Below, piece by piece: positions 13,201 to 20,067 of a DNA stretch of 64,000 nt. The DNA is from Schmidtea nova (lineage: Eukaryota). Below the pieces are notes generated by a model that did not search any database, was not told the origin of the DNA, and saw only the letters and a program-made list of their open reading frames with translations. How positions within the stretch are numbered: the first letter of the stretch is position 1; the number at the start of each line of letters is the position of its first letter. Both the position numbers and the translations under genes were made by a program. The DNA is taken from assembly GCA_044892505.1 (NCBI GenBank), contig CM097882.1, forward strand, positions 543,430,001-543,494,000. The letters run 5' to 3'.

Positions 13201-16200
13201 TCTTGCTATCTCTTTTTTGCATTTGTATGTATACATAACTTCTCCCACAATTCGACCGAAATGTCCTTCTTGCAGTGGTAATAGTGGTATTGCGTTATCT
13301 GGATTCGTTATAGCCATTGCTAATTTGGTTCTCAAAATTTCTCTGTTCAATATACAATCGTTTTGTATCAAATCATGATATACTTTCTCTGTGGTTGCCA
13401 TACCTCTATGGTATAAGAAATCCATTTTATTATTTGCGTACAAATACGTTTTAATGTCCACTGTATCTGGTTTTGGTGCTGCTTCAGCTATCACTGTTGT
13501 AGATAGGAAAATTCCTTTGTAATTCGTTTTTATTACTAATCTTCCGCATTTACTGACGGTTTCACCTTTGATGAATCTCATTCCCACTCCTGGATCTTTT
13601 GCTAAAATTGTTGTTGATATAATTGCTGTTGGTGTATTTACTAATTTAAGTTTTTCCGTCGTCTCTTTATGCTGGAATGTTCTTGTTCTTTTGAGCTGTT
13701 CCATTTCTTGTCTGGTTGAATCATCTTTGGGCTCGTCATAAACTTTTCCTAGTATTTCCTCGAATTCAGCTTCTTGTAATAACATTAGTCGACATTTATT
13801 CGCATCTGCCTTATAAATCAATGTTGATGCACCAGTATTACACGAGGTATGTTCTGCAGAACAACTTGGGAATTTTCTCATTGATAGCGTGTCTGGATCA
13901 AAATATCCCGGATATGTTTCTAGTTTCACTTGATACATCTCTATTACTACTACATTGCTGACCACTTTTCCTAATAGAGTGTATGCTCCTCCTTTACAAC
14001 TTCCGTCCGGTTTATTGACGTATCCGGCTGCATAAACTCTTGTTATTTTAATTGCTCCTGGTTGGGCAGCTATTATTATGTTTCCTGCTAACGATATCCG
14101 TTTTGAGGTAAACGCTTCATTGCACTTTTCGCTATCCAGTGATATTACGGTTGATTCCATTCCTGGTTCGATAATTGTTGAATATGAATATTGTCCACAG
14201 TAATACGCAAATAACTTTCTCGTAACCGTGCATTCTCTTATTTCTGCTTTGATGAGGTCTGATTCCTGATACACGTTGTAACTTATTTTATTCACAATTC
14301 TTTCCAATTTTTTCGGCGTGGCTTGTTTACAATCTTCCGTATCTTTTAATGAATATTTCTCGCTAAGCTCGATTTTGTCACAATCGTATACCACAAACGC
14401 TGTTGCTCCCTTTATGCACATCATCCAAATCAATATTGTGGTCAATATCGCATTCATACTCTTCCCATATGTTTTTTGATCGCGAAAATTCATTGATCCT
14501 TCGAATTCTGTTAATAATTCTCTCAACTTTACTTGCATGGTTTCTGTTTGATCTATTTTATCTACTGAGTTGATGAATGTTTTCCAACCTCCTTGTTTCA
14601 TTACATACGGCTCTATCAGTTTCTCAATGATTTCCGTTATTGTGAATATATGACCATTTGAACTGTATCTGGGTGTTCTCCGTTTGTACAAGACGATCAT
14701 ATTGTACATTAAATATGCCAAGCTTACTAAATATTTTGCTGGTTCGTTCGTGTTGTTTGTTAATTTTTCGATAATTTCTTTCATTTCTGCAGGATTTCTC
14801 AACGTCATTCGTACTTTTCCTTCGATGATTTTTGAGATTATTGGTTTAATCGTTATCCACAGTTGTTTGGCTTCTTGTTGGATGTGGTCTCTTTTTAACG
14901 CTCTTTTTATTTCTGGGTTTGCCAATGCAAGCATATCAGATACTAATTCATTTATCCATCGGATTCCTTGTTCGGTTATTGGTGTATTACCTTTCACTTG
15001 ATTTGCAACTGACACTAGTTTGCTTACTTTTAGTTGTAATTGTTCCGTCCTGCTTACTGATGTTGGTTTTTGATTTCTTTCTGTTTGATCTTTCGCCGGC
15101 CTCCCTCTTGGGCGTTTATCTATCATCGTTCCAGCTTCTCGTCTACTTAGCTGATTATTCGCGATTTCTCTCGATGTTGTCGCTCCTCTATCTGTGATCC
15201 AATTACTCCATTCGTCAGTTGTAGAATTTTCTCTTGCTCGTTTTTGTACTTTTTCTCGGTCGGTTTCATCATCGGTTGCTGTGATTTTTTGCCGTTTTAC
15301 CCAAGGAATTCTCTGGTCATCGGTTGTTGTTTCATTTTCTATGTTTGAGAATAAATCCCCTGAGTAAAATGCTGTTTCATCGTTTTCTCTATTCGCAATA
15401 TTTGTCAGTTCTTCTAATACGTCTTCATCAGTTGTTTCGACAATAATTTCACTTGCAGCTTCCGGTATTTCTGGTTCGTCTAAATTTCCGAATAATTTTC
15501 TCATTTGGGTTCGATTTCCCTCTTTTCTGATTAGTTCATTGCCTGCAATTTTAGAAACAGTTAAATGATTACTTGTTCCGATTCGTATCGGGGTTACACC
15601 AATTTCTATCTCATCATCGAGTGATCTTCCTTCGTACTGTAGATGAAATGGTAATTCAAATGGCAGTTTCTTTTTAATCTCTTTTATTTTCGTGGTTGCC
15701 AATACTTCCATTTCTTCCTTTCCAAAGTCTGGAAAATGGATTTTTAATCCACATTTTTGCGGTTCGTCACTTTCCCATTCCATTTGCCTCCATTTTCTTC
15801 TAAGCTCATCGAATTGTTCTGGATACCAAGTGTATACTCGTCCATATTCCTCGATTTCCTTCACGAGCATTGTCATGGTTAATCTATCCTTGCCATTCTC
15901 GAGAATCCATTTTGCTAATTCGACTACCGCTCTTCGTTGATTTTTGGCACCTTTTTCTAAAATATCGATTAACTGTCTACTTTTTTGGGCTTCAGTTCTC
16001 TCTAATACTTCAGGGTCCATCAGTTCATCCATATCTACAGGACGTAATCTCGAGGTTGTTTCTTGTTTTCTTAGCACGCTGATTCTGGGAATTGTCAGCT
16101 TTTCCCTTACGTCTTCCTCAATTTTGCATGAAACATAAATATCTCCTTCACTTTGATATCGAGATTTTTTATCTAATAGCAAGTGTTGCAAGATAAATTT

Positions 16201-19200
16201 TGGTGCTCCTGATGCTATATTTTCCTCTTTTTCTGGTTTATGATAGCAGCTGCAGAGCTTTTCTGGATAAATTTCTTCACTATGACCCTTCTCTGAATTG
16301 TAGGATGATCCTATAGACAATGTTACTTTTTGATCGAACGGCCATGTTAATTCCTCGTCATTGATCCCTTTACAGATGATATAAAATAATGACGTATGAG
16401 TTCCTTTACCAACTCCATCTCCGTTTGGATAAATTCTCATTTTTAATTTATATCCGCCTGGGTAAGTGTAAAATTGTGGGCTTGTCAATCGCGTTACTTC
16501 ACCCTCCTTTGCTGCTCTCACTTTATCTGCCCAATTTGAAATTCTCCATTTGAATGGTGCAAGATATTTCTCTTCGCATATGTTCTCGTCGACTTCCAAA
16601 TGTTTCCCAGTTATTTCTGATGGTTCGTAAATCTCATGGGTTTCCTCATATAACAGTTCCTCAGGTATTCGTTCTGGTTCACATGTTACCCATCTATCCT
16701 CCACATTTGGTTGTTCCCATCTGTATCGATTTTCTAATTCTATCCATGTCTTTATCCACGGCGTTGGTTTACAATCTCCATAATGAAGAGGTTTTATTTT
16801 CCCCTTTATTTCATTATCCGCTCTCCAAAAATTATATAAATCGATTATCTGGTCTAGTTTTCCGACCATTTTTCTTTTAAATCTCCTCACGTGACCATCG
16901 TCTTTCTCTGGTTCGTCCATTGCCCATATTTTAACTGTTTGACCGTCTTCCCAAATACCCAGTTTATATAAAGGTGTCTGATCATCTTTTTCTAATACAT
17001 GTTTATTGTACACGATTATTACATCTTCTATTAATCCGTCATCACTATTTTGTTTCACGTTATGCATAATTTTCTCATCGATTATCCGTATGAATTCGTC
17101 TACCGTACAATCTGGTTCTATTTCAATTGTTTGTTCGTCTCCACTTGGCAACGTTAGATTGACTTTTATCGTTTCCGCTCGATTCTTTGATCTCTGATAG
17201 CCGCCATATTGACTTATTAATTCGATTGCTCGTTTATCATCTAATCTCACTAACTCGGTATCTCGTACGAACTCTACAAATCTCTTCATTGATGCTGGTC
17301 TTCTTCTATTTATACTATCGATCATTTTCCTCGTCTGGTCTATTGCTTGTGTCGAAAGCATTAATCGATTTTCCCATATTGCTTGTTCGGCCAATTTTAA
17401 TAATTTTGGTCCGATTTCATAATCGTATCTATCTCCAATTCTTGTCAGTAGTTTCATCACCGTTTCTTCAATCGCGTTCTTCTTTAACGTTAAGATATTC
17501 AACTCGTTCGGCCATATCATAGCATCTACTAGATGTATTCCCTTTTTGATTCGCCAATTATTCAAATAAAGATAATCGTTTTTAAAACTGCTACCCATTT
17601 TCTCTTGCATCCAGTCATATAATGCGTTAGTATTTGGGTCGTTTATTTTTATTCCTAATACATCGATTTCGGGGTGGTGTACTTCTATCGTATACTCTTG
17701 AGTTGGCGTTTCTTTTAATTGCTTCTTGTATTCCGCTATTGAGTTGTTCCACGCTGCGGTGAATACTTGATTTTCTACCTGATTTGCTTGGGTGACTTCC
17801 TTCATAAACTTCTGATATACTTTTTCATCAATAAACTCCCGATTCTTCATGGCTAATTCAACCTTGCCTGTTACTTCTCCGATGATATTCCAATCGTCTT
17901 CACTTAGCAACGCGTTGCTTGATGTTTCGGTATCACTTTCTTCGCTAGCCAAAGGTGCTTTTAAATCGTTGTTTTCCTCACTTGACGGAAATAAGTCACC
18001 TCCTAAACTACTTACTTCGCTAATCTCGTCTTCTGGATCTGTTTGATCATCATTTCGCATTCTCATCATATTTATTTTATACACATTTTTAAGATCTCTT
18101 TCTTTTTCCTTTTGCGTTCTTGCTTGTGACCAATTCATTGTTGCGTCCCATCGTTTTCTTTTCAGTGCTTCTACTTCTTCATCTGTCAATGTGTTATTCG
18201 CTTTTCGAATTGAAGCTTCAATTTTCTGCAGTAGTGCTCGTTGAAGTCGGTTTCTGGTTATAATTTTTTGAGCTTTCTTTGTGATCTCTTCAACTTCTTC
18301 AGTGCTAGTTTTTTCCAATTTCTGATTTAACTTTCCTACTTCATTCGCGACAATAGTTGTTATTTTCTGTTCTATTTCCTTCGCTTTTATTTTCACTATT
18401 TCTTCCAATTCCTCACAGGTGTTGCAAACATTCCCACTGTCTCTTTTTTCTTTTCTTCTTTGATTATATTCTTGAATGAATATTTTCCTTTCTTCTTCGT
18501 TCATTGATTTTATTGAAACTTCGAATTCTCCATCTTTTTCATTAATCTCTACATCTGGTAACTCTGTTATCATTTCCTTCACTTTTTCTATTACATTCTT
18601 CTGCAATTTACTCATTTCCTCTGGATCTTCTTTATCTTCGCTTTTAACTCTCATCATGTTAATTTGCCTTGTGTTATTTCCTCGATTTTTCCATCTCTCT
18701 TCAATTTCCCGTGCTTCCTCCAACTGAAGTCTCTGCCATTCTGCTTGTTGTTTCGTTTGATTTTTGTTCGTCCTTAACTTGTGAGGCTCGGTGATTTGCA
18801 AAGCATTAATTCTTGGCTGTTGTGGTTGGCTGACTGTTGTTCGTTCGATTAATTCTCTCAGTTGTTCAAGTTCCTGCATCACATTGATTTGTGGTGTTTG
18901 ATTTTGGTTTTCGGTTCGCTGTGGTGCATTGACTTGGTTTGGGCATTCTCTCGCCATATGTCCAGGTTGTTGGCATTTGAAACAATTGGCGTTTCTTCTA
19001 AAATTTCCTCCATTATTGTTATTTCTTACGTAGTAATTTCCTGCACTAGCATTTACGGTTCTGCATACATTTTCTGTATGACCTTTTCTACCACAACTTT
19101 GACATGTTTTAGTGCTATAACATTCATGACTCAGATGTCCAGATTTTTGACAAATGTTACATATTTTGCTGGTGAATAAATTGTTATTCCCGTAATTATT

Positions 19201-20067
19201 CCTATTACTATACGCGTTGCTGTAAGTATTGTTATTTCTGTCTGTATTGTTTCGATTACGGTTGTCCATATTTGTATTCTGATTTCTCATTGGAGTTTTG
19301 AACATTTGTTGCGCTCTTGGTATAAATTGATTCATCATTGGAGTCGTGTTGTCTGGTTGATTACCTTCATTGGTCGTATTGGTTGTTGATTTTGTTGTTG
19401 GTTCCGCTGTCAAAACAGCAACTGTCAATGGTGGTTTTAAATACATTTCGCATCGATTCGCGATTGTCAGTGCTTCCTCCAACGTTTTTGGTGCCTGACA
19501 TCCGATATTTGCACGAATATCATCTCTTCTGAGTCCACTCAGAAATACTCCTACCAATCCTTCATCTTTTACTTTTTCCTCGCCGTAGGCATCTCTTGCC
19601 ATACGTTTTAATTCGCACGCGAACATCGCATTGGATTCGTTGGGTTTTTGTTTTCTGTGGAAGAAATCTAACATTTTCTGATTTTCTTCTTTCGCCACTC
19701 CAAAGGTTTTTTCTAAAAAGTCCTTGATTTCTTTCCATGTTCTCAATTTTTCATCATCTCGTCTTGCCTCTAAATAAACATCTTGTGCGCTTTCTTTTAA
19801 ATATAGCGGCATTCGTTCTCGGGTGGCTTCGTCTGACCAGCGACAGATCGTAATATAAACCTCAAATTCCTTTAGGAAGGTTTGTAATTTACTGATATTA
19901 CCATCAAATGGTTCTCCACGGAATTTTTCTTTAAAATCTCCAAGGTTGGCTGCTGACGTGGTACTCATTTTTATCCCTTCTTTCTCCTCGTCCGAGTTTA
20001 AACTTTCTGTGTAATTCTGGTTAATCTGTTCAATATAATTCCTTTCTACTTCCTCGCTGGTATCCAC
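5275..20067 (-). CDS. Giant Gag-accessory-Env-Pol-accessory polyprotein (4930 codons from GTG; frame open to 20268; true start probably upstream via splicing)
   Basis: Uninterrupted ORF with recognisable gag, MATH, glycoprotein, PR, RT, RH, INT, ankyrin, FN3-like and TM segments. The ORF-track start is GTG, and the first in-frame ATG is MSTTSAA about 33 codons later. Confidence 0.97.
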   Translation of the reverse strand: MDTSEEVERNYIEQINQNYTESLNSDEEKEGIKMSTTSAANLGDFKEKFRGEPFDGNISKLQTFLKEFEVYITICRWSDEATRERMPLYLKESAQDVYLEARRDDEKLRTWKEIKDFLEKTFGVAKEENQKMLDFFHRKQKPNESNAMFACELKRMARDAYGEEKVKDEGLVGVFLSGLRRDDIRANIGCQAPKTLEEALTIANRCEMYLKPPLTVAVLTAEPTTKSTTNTTNEGNQPDNTTPMMNQFIPRAQQMFKTPMRNQNTNMDNRNRNNTDRNNNTYSNAYSNRNNYGNNNLFTSKICNICQKSGHLSHECYSTKTCQSCGRKGHTENVCRTVNASAGNYYVRNNNNGGNFRRNANCFKCQQPGHMARECPNQVNAPQRTENQNQTPQINVMQELEQLRELIERTTVSQPQQPRINALQITEPHKLRTNKNQTKQQAEWQRLQLEEAREIEERWKNRGNNTRQINMMRVKSEDKEDPEEMSKLQKNVIEKVKEMITELPDVEINEKDGEFEVSIKSMNEEERKIFIQEYNQRRKEKRDSGNVCNTCEELEEIVKIKAKEIEQKITTIVANEVGKLNQKLEKTSTEEVEEITKKAQKIITRNRLQRALLQKIEASIRKANNTLTDEEVEALKRKRWDATMNWSQARTQKEKERDLKNVYKINMMRMRNDDQTDPEDEISEVSSLGGDLFPSSEENNDLKAPLASEESDTETSSNALLSEDDWNIIGEVTGKVELAMKNREFIDEKVYQKFMKEVTQANQVENQVFTAAWNNSIAEYKKQLKETPTQEYTIEVHHPEIDVLGIKINDPNTNALYDWMQEKMGSSFKNDYLYLNNWRIKKGIHLVDAMIWPNELNILTLKKNAIEETVMKLLTRIGDRYDYEIGPKLLKLAEQAIWENRLMLSTQAIDQTRKMIDSINRRRPASMKRFVEFVRDTELVRLDDKRAIELISQYGGYQRSKNRAETIKVNLTLPSGDEQTIEIEPDCTVDEFIRIIDEKIMHNVKQNSDDGLIEDVIIVYNKHVLEKDDQTPLYKLGIWEDGQTVKIWAMDEPEKDDGHVRRFKRKMVGKLDQIIDLYNFWRADNEIKGKIKPLHYGDCKPTPWIKTWIELENRYRWEQPNVEDRWVTCEPERIPEELLYEETHEIYEPSEITGKHLEVDENICEEKYLAPFKWRISNWADKVRAAKEGEVTRLTSPQFYTYPGGYKLKMRIYPNGDGVGKGTHTSLFYIICKGINDEELTWPFDQKVTLSIGSSYNSEKGHSEEIYPEKLCSCYHKPEKEENIASGAPKFILQHLLLDKKSRYQSEGDIYVSCKIEEDVREKLTIPRISVLRKQETTSRLRPVDMDELMDPEVLERTEAQKSRQLIDILEKGAKNQRRAVVELAKWILENGKDRLTMTMLVKEIEEYGRVYTWYPEQFDELRRKWRQMEWESDEPQKCGLKIHFPDFGKEEMEVLATTKIKEIKKKLPFELPFHLQYEGRSLDDEIEIGVTPIRIGTSNHLTVSKIAGNELIRKEGNRTQMRKLFGNLDEPEIPEAASEIIVETTDEDVLEELTNIANRENDETAFYSGDLFSNIENETTTDDQRIPWVKRQKITATDDETDREKVQKRARENSTTDEWSNWITDRGATTSREIANNQLSRREAGTMIDKRPRGRPAKDQTERNQKPTSVSRTEQLQLKVSKLVSVANQVKGNTPITEQGIRWINELVSDMLALANPEIKRALKRDHIQQEAKQLWITIKPIISKIIEGKVRMTLRNPAEMKEIIEKLTNNTNEPAKYLVSLAYLMYNMIVLYKRRTPRYSSNGHIFTITEIIEKLIEPYVMKQGGWKTFINSVDKIDQTETMQVKLRELLTEFEGSMNFRDQKTYGKSMNAILTTILIWMMCIKGATAFVVYDCDKIELSEKYSLKDTEDCKQATPKKLERIVNKISYNVYQESDLIKAEIRECTVTRKLFAYYCGQYSYSTIIEPGMESTVISLDSEKCNEAFTSKRISLAGNIIIAAQPGAIKITRVYAAGYVNKPDGSCKGGAYTLLGKVVSNVVVIEMYQVKLETYPGYFDPDTLSMRKFPSCSAEHTSCNTGASTLIYKADANKCRLMLLQEAEFEEILGKVYDEPKDDSTRQEMEQLKRTRTFQHKETTEKLKLVNTPTAIISTTILAKDPGVGMRFIKGETVSKCGRLVIKTNYKGIFLSTTVIAEAAPKPDTVDIKTYLYANNKMDFLYHRGMATTEKVYHDLIQNDCILNREILRTKLAMAITNPDNAIPLLPLQEGHFGRIVGEVMYTYKCKKEIARLPERPRIPENRCTNELEIFYKGRSRFVQAVTRIINPPNYEPHQFNCSNAYGPMYDMGNAKWVVFPNRQIVSAPKRFGLTELTTEIEFKPIDISHSGVYRDADLEAARKHILFPTQRQAVLSNIIAITGGTNFVGSPNYELLLSPEHFKHATNNMMKAMWGRFLVFGQMMAGILGIILIIQIVRVIITQMLACFDIYKRERQINWKMALGFLPFLAKTMVLHGHSKDIHRIKRLIGILTKMKGTDEEIGRKFRFIMKNEAERTKYKETRPSGWKRWWDNRRKDSDDDDSDNDDKGNQGGTNSGSNGTAPIWEAEKSKQWEGQNLPPMTYPNPQRPGTVREKTRAGLRMLPMPNFYPAHYEPNWAMIDPAILNRPDPTILNRPQSEEKNLETMTIAMMRTSAGPTLTIAIEINGVEMDAMIDTGANISAINMNMIPGMLWPCIEEAPMDVVTCNKESVKVIGKIWSDIKYKDVEMSTYLAVIKQLGASCIIGTDLMPELLKEIVIDLSTMRLKDKSGQICSMKTEVRCSKKIVVPGRTQMICFTKVKDTAVGEMIFEPNQNFEMRKELPLAREIVNVNKENEIPINITNFDEEDKIIYENERLGKLTPMMNIELPKIQEDESKVEELWVIDSEILNDIEKEKLKTVLLEFKDIFAASDLDLGTSDVTQHTIPLTDETPITLRPYRLAEAQKAVAEAEVQKMLDADVIEPSCSPWQFPVVMVKKKDGTQRFCIDYRQLNAVTKRDTYPLPDINEMLQTLHGAAYFTSLDLKSGYWQIKVKEEDREKTAFTIGKDLYQFKKMPFGLTNAPASFQRCMNFVTHGIKQCMVYIDDLLIYSGTFEQHLQDIQNVFIRLRQWKLKLKPSKCDWAKPKVTFLGHIVSAKGKEPDPRNIEKIKNCPIPKTITQVQEFLGLCGYYRKFIKNYAGIAKPVQELVKKDTPFIWEREQQNAFEELRDKLISSPILVHPDFKKPFLLATDASGYASGAVLGQWDEDGRERVIGYYSKTFRKHEKNYSVTEREALAIIQAIKHFKYLLWGHEIYITTDHQPLVWLGQHKEASSRLMRWAMQLQEYSPYIKFKSGKANANADCMSRFMFEELMDKDVRRICMIIAEDIDFTKLQQEQNEDEELKLIIEYLNKNDMKIFDHNSQLKEHMEKNRHKYTIEKGWLLAMDGEKRLMCLPEGRRKDILMQYHDGKLGGHMSAKKTEARLKQKYFWPNIGEDVKEWIRNCLICATRKSTGSKMKTPLKPMPIPPEPMTMIAMDVVGPLPETNHGNVYILVITDYLTKFPEAFAMPDQKARTIAKILVEEICCRYGTPKQILTDQGTNFMSEIINEVTNYFRIAKLRTSPYHPQTNGQTERFNGILIEMMSNYVSKHQKDWDEYVNLCLMAYRMSIHSATKMSPFKLMYGRECNMPMDLEYQPPISQYMEIDDYVTKFKERMQEIWKVAGMNIRFNQESYKELHDKKRNVHEHQFKLGDWVIVETPEIIPGTAKKLQRTGKGPYEVIFVSENNIRVKLVNNPLVRPIYVNVCRCKRVEKTATKEPEERRIMTRSQTRQICMLRKSKGCGCCGATFFAPKMRSPTLKIKQKITDDARMEHIKEMDLIIGTAKEIMPEWTEGKHVFEIINGLNRIINEYARGKATPNFIDIIKERMPILFTMTDFNEETPLNVALRKGEGKRAMEIIKLMERCGQHSNIKNWKGQTPLMLAVEEGGSKDLIEELLRTGSSIKERDNNNETVLSYVYRSPYYTIAKYLLSKASQEDIEILSLNPKPLLRAVIRKDEIVASKMIKWKDPLSGEGLMNVNNEFKYDKNVLMERALIENWTLPRVAKALLKRPDFRFTNKPNEEMKIKTKREKLLELVKEWRKKIKNKDKSYLHDDAGTLKCKMGEIKLDEQRIIKLYWEIIKDINVEDDISKETEGDLNDPDDDKSNDKPDDEDNDSNEQQQNDDNSDHGNHGNSEKWENKNNENKDENKENKNEQENSNYENRTVCLLKNPGKNTIIMTILLTMLNWVKAIDYIFDQRRAEARIVTDTENIWITNIKGELIIKICTVAIRKNGVSDHQKCIRTALAIGEEQKVEKLESGTTYIICIYRTNQIRAICAAKEMITKMGNERNRLEKIQSVTKTPIDENEEENEEEEQDKKVMMTIQNKTTIEVKEKEMMVTNNVREPITQICWIKTIHMQNKDRQLSCKFQMTGQNGKFRIPGLKPGTSYTICIRRIWTQKLCLEKPTKEIITTTTTTSGTTTYYPLIVETKSTEIILINNHEEVIKKVCWRKVDMNSGLDNPSKCYQQSVKGKEQMIIKELESKTTYLICIWRTFVPICQEHTTTEQIITSTESGREPDEKAIRLPRATITVTEKPTIVKGYRKEIEISITPNQIQKETEKFFQNDIIKVKNVQGHLIARICIYEVKLQQEKCKSVSNKEEKSFIEEEEYYVAGWERGTKYRVCLYKKLNEDPTCQFISKLPRRVDDTREFSIEDQILTTTKPTVYNKYISEEEAERIIQGGRPIKIVQTTTESPTTISAAVEESKIAIKMIWITAGIIGAILVLILTQHAKITGRCKRKTKRKRQWPSIEKFEYGISLEEVKTEDEYEICNGSEFNGMWMQGLPPTINPSIIEADIYRTTNELYGGMRNLHFGPQETLV
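7845..8235 (-). other. Ankyrin repeats (about 4) C-terminal to integrase
   Basis: FNEETPLNVALRKG, WKGQTPLMLAVEEG...LIEELLRTGS.I..RDNNNETVLSY and KPLLRAV match the TPLH.A / L.LL..GA ankyrin pattern. Confidence 0.88.
8640..9635 (-). other. Integrase (HHCC, DDE core, GPY/F)
   Basis: H...GGH...C..C, MDVVGPLP, TDQGTNF, YHPQTNGQTERFN, GKGPYEV. Confidence 0.97.
9935..10300 (-). other. RNase H (Ty3/Gypsy type)
   Basis: LATDASG..GAVLGQ...IGYYSK.....EKNYS.TEREALAII...TDHQPL...NANADCMSR. Confidence 0.96.
10550..11150 (-). other. Reverse transcriptase
   Basis: SPWQFPVVMVKKKDG..RFCIDYRQLN...LDLKSGYWQI...KTAF...MPFGLTNAPASFQR...YIDD (10714-10725). Confidence 0.98.
11690..12000 (-). other. Aspartic protease
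   Basis: IEINGVEMDAMIDTGANISAI (DTG at 11935-11943) and downstream CIIGTD. Confidence 0.95.
12500..14457 (-). other. env: Envelope-like fusion glycoprotein, chuvirus/Monjiviricetes type, embedded between Gag and protease
   Basis: Signal-like MNAILTTILIWMMCIKGATA followed by FVVYDC...SL.D..DC. Cys-rich ectodomain with GEVMYTYKC...C..EL.I...G..RF...VTR...C...Y....W, and a C-terminal TM (12643-12718). Confidence 0.8.
14570..15030 (-). other. Bcl-2-like helical domain
   Basis: About 150 aa amphipathic helical region ending YVMKQGGWKTF (14575-14607), matching the BH2 consensus WI..QGGW..F. BH1 is divergent, with no NWGR. Confidence 0.65.
15555..15747 (-). other. Second ubiquitin-like domain (divergent)
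   Basis: LKIHFPDFGKEEMEVLATTKIKEIKKK...HLQYEGRSLDDEIEIGVTPIRIGTSNHLTV matches the L.y.Gr.L.D...I ubiquitin motif. Confidence 0.6.
16114..16560 (-). other. TRAF-type MATH (TRAF-C) domain within polyprotein
   Basis: FKWRI...SPQFYTYPGGYKLKMRIYPNGDGVGKGTHTSLF...G.ND..LTWPFDQKVTL...P..E.NIASGAPKF is a near-complete TRAF-C signature. Confidence 0.95.
16921..17172 (-). other. Ubiquitin-like domain within polyprotein
   Basis: TIKVNLTLPSGDEQTIEIEPDCTVDEFIRII...IIVYNKHVLEKDDQTPLYKLGIWEDGQTVKI follows the beta-grasp ubiquitin pattern. Confidence 0.75.
18940..19165 (-). other. Three CCHC zinc knuckles (nucleocapsid)
   Basis: CNICQKSGHLSHEC, CQSCGRKGHTENVC and CFKCQQPGHMAREC all fit CX2CX4HX4C. Confidence 0.95.
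19430..19930 (-). other. gag: Gag capsid-like domain
   Basis: PFDGNISKLQTFLKEFE...W...LYLKESAQDVY...W..IK..L...F...QKPNESNAMF..EL...GL...EAL..A resembles the retrotransposon Gag capsid pattern. Confidence 0.85.

Noticed and set aside
15830-16040. CARD-like fragment (QKSRQLIDILEKG) after the MATH domain
   Set aside because: Only one helix resembles the CARD consensus, which is too weak without an HMM or structure search.
5408-19532. Numerous plus-strand ORFs overlapping the polyprotein (e.g. 8006-8794, 262 aa)
   Set aside because: Antisense shadows of the codon-biased minus-strand ORF, Ser/Phe/Leu-rich with no recognisable domains.
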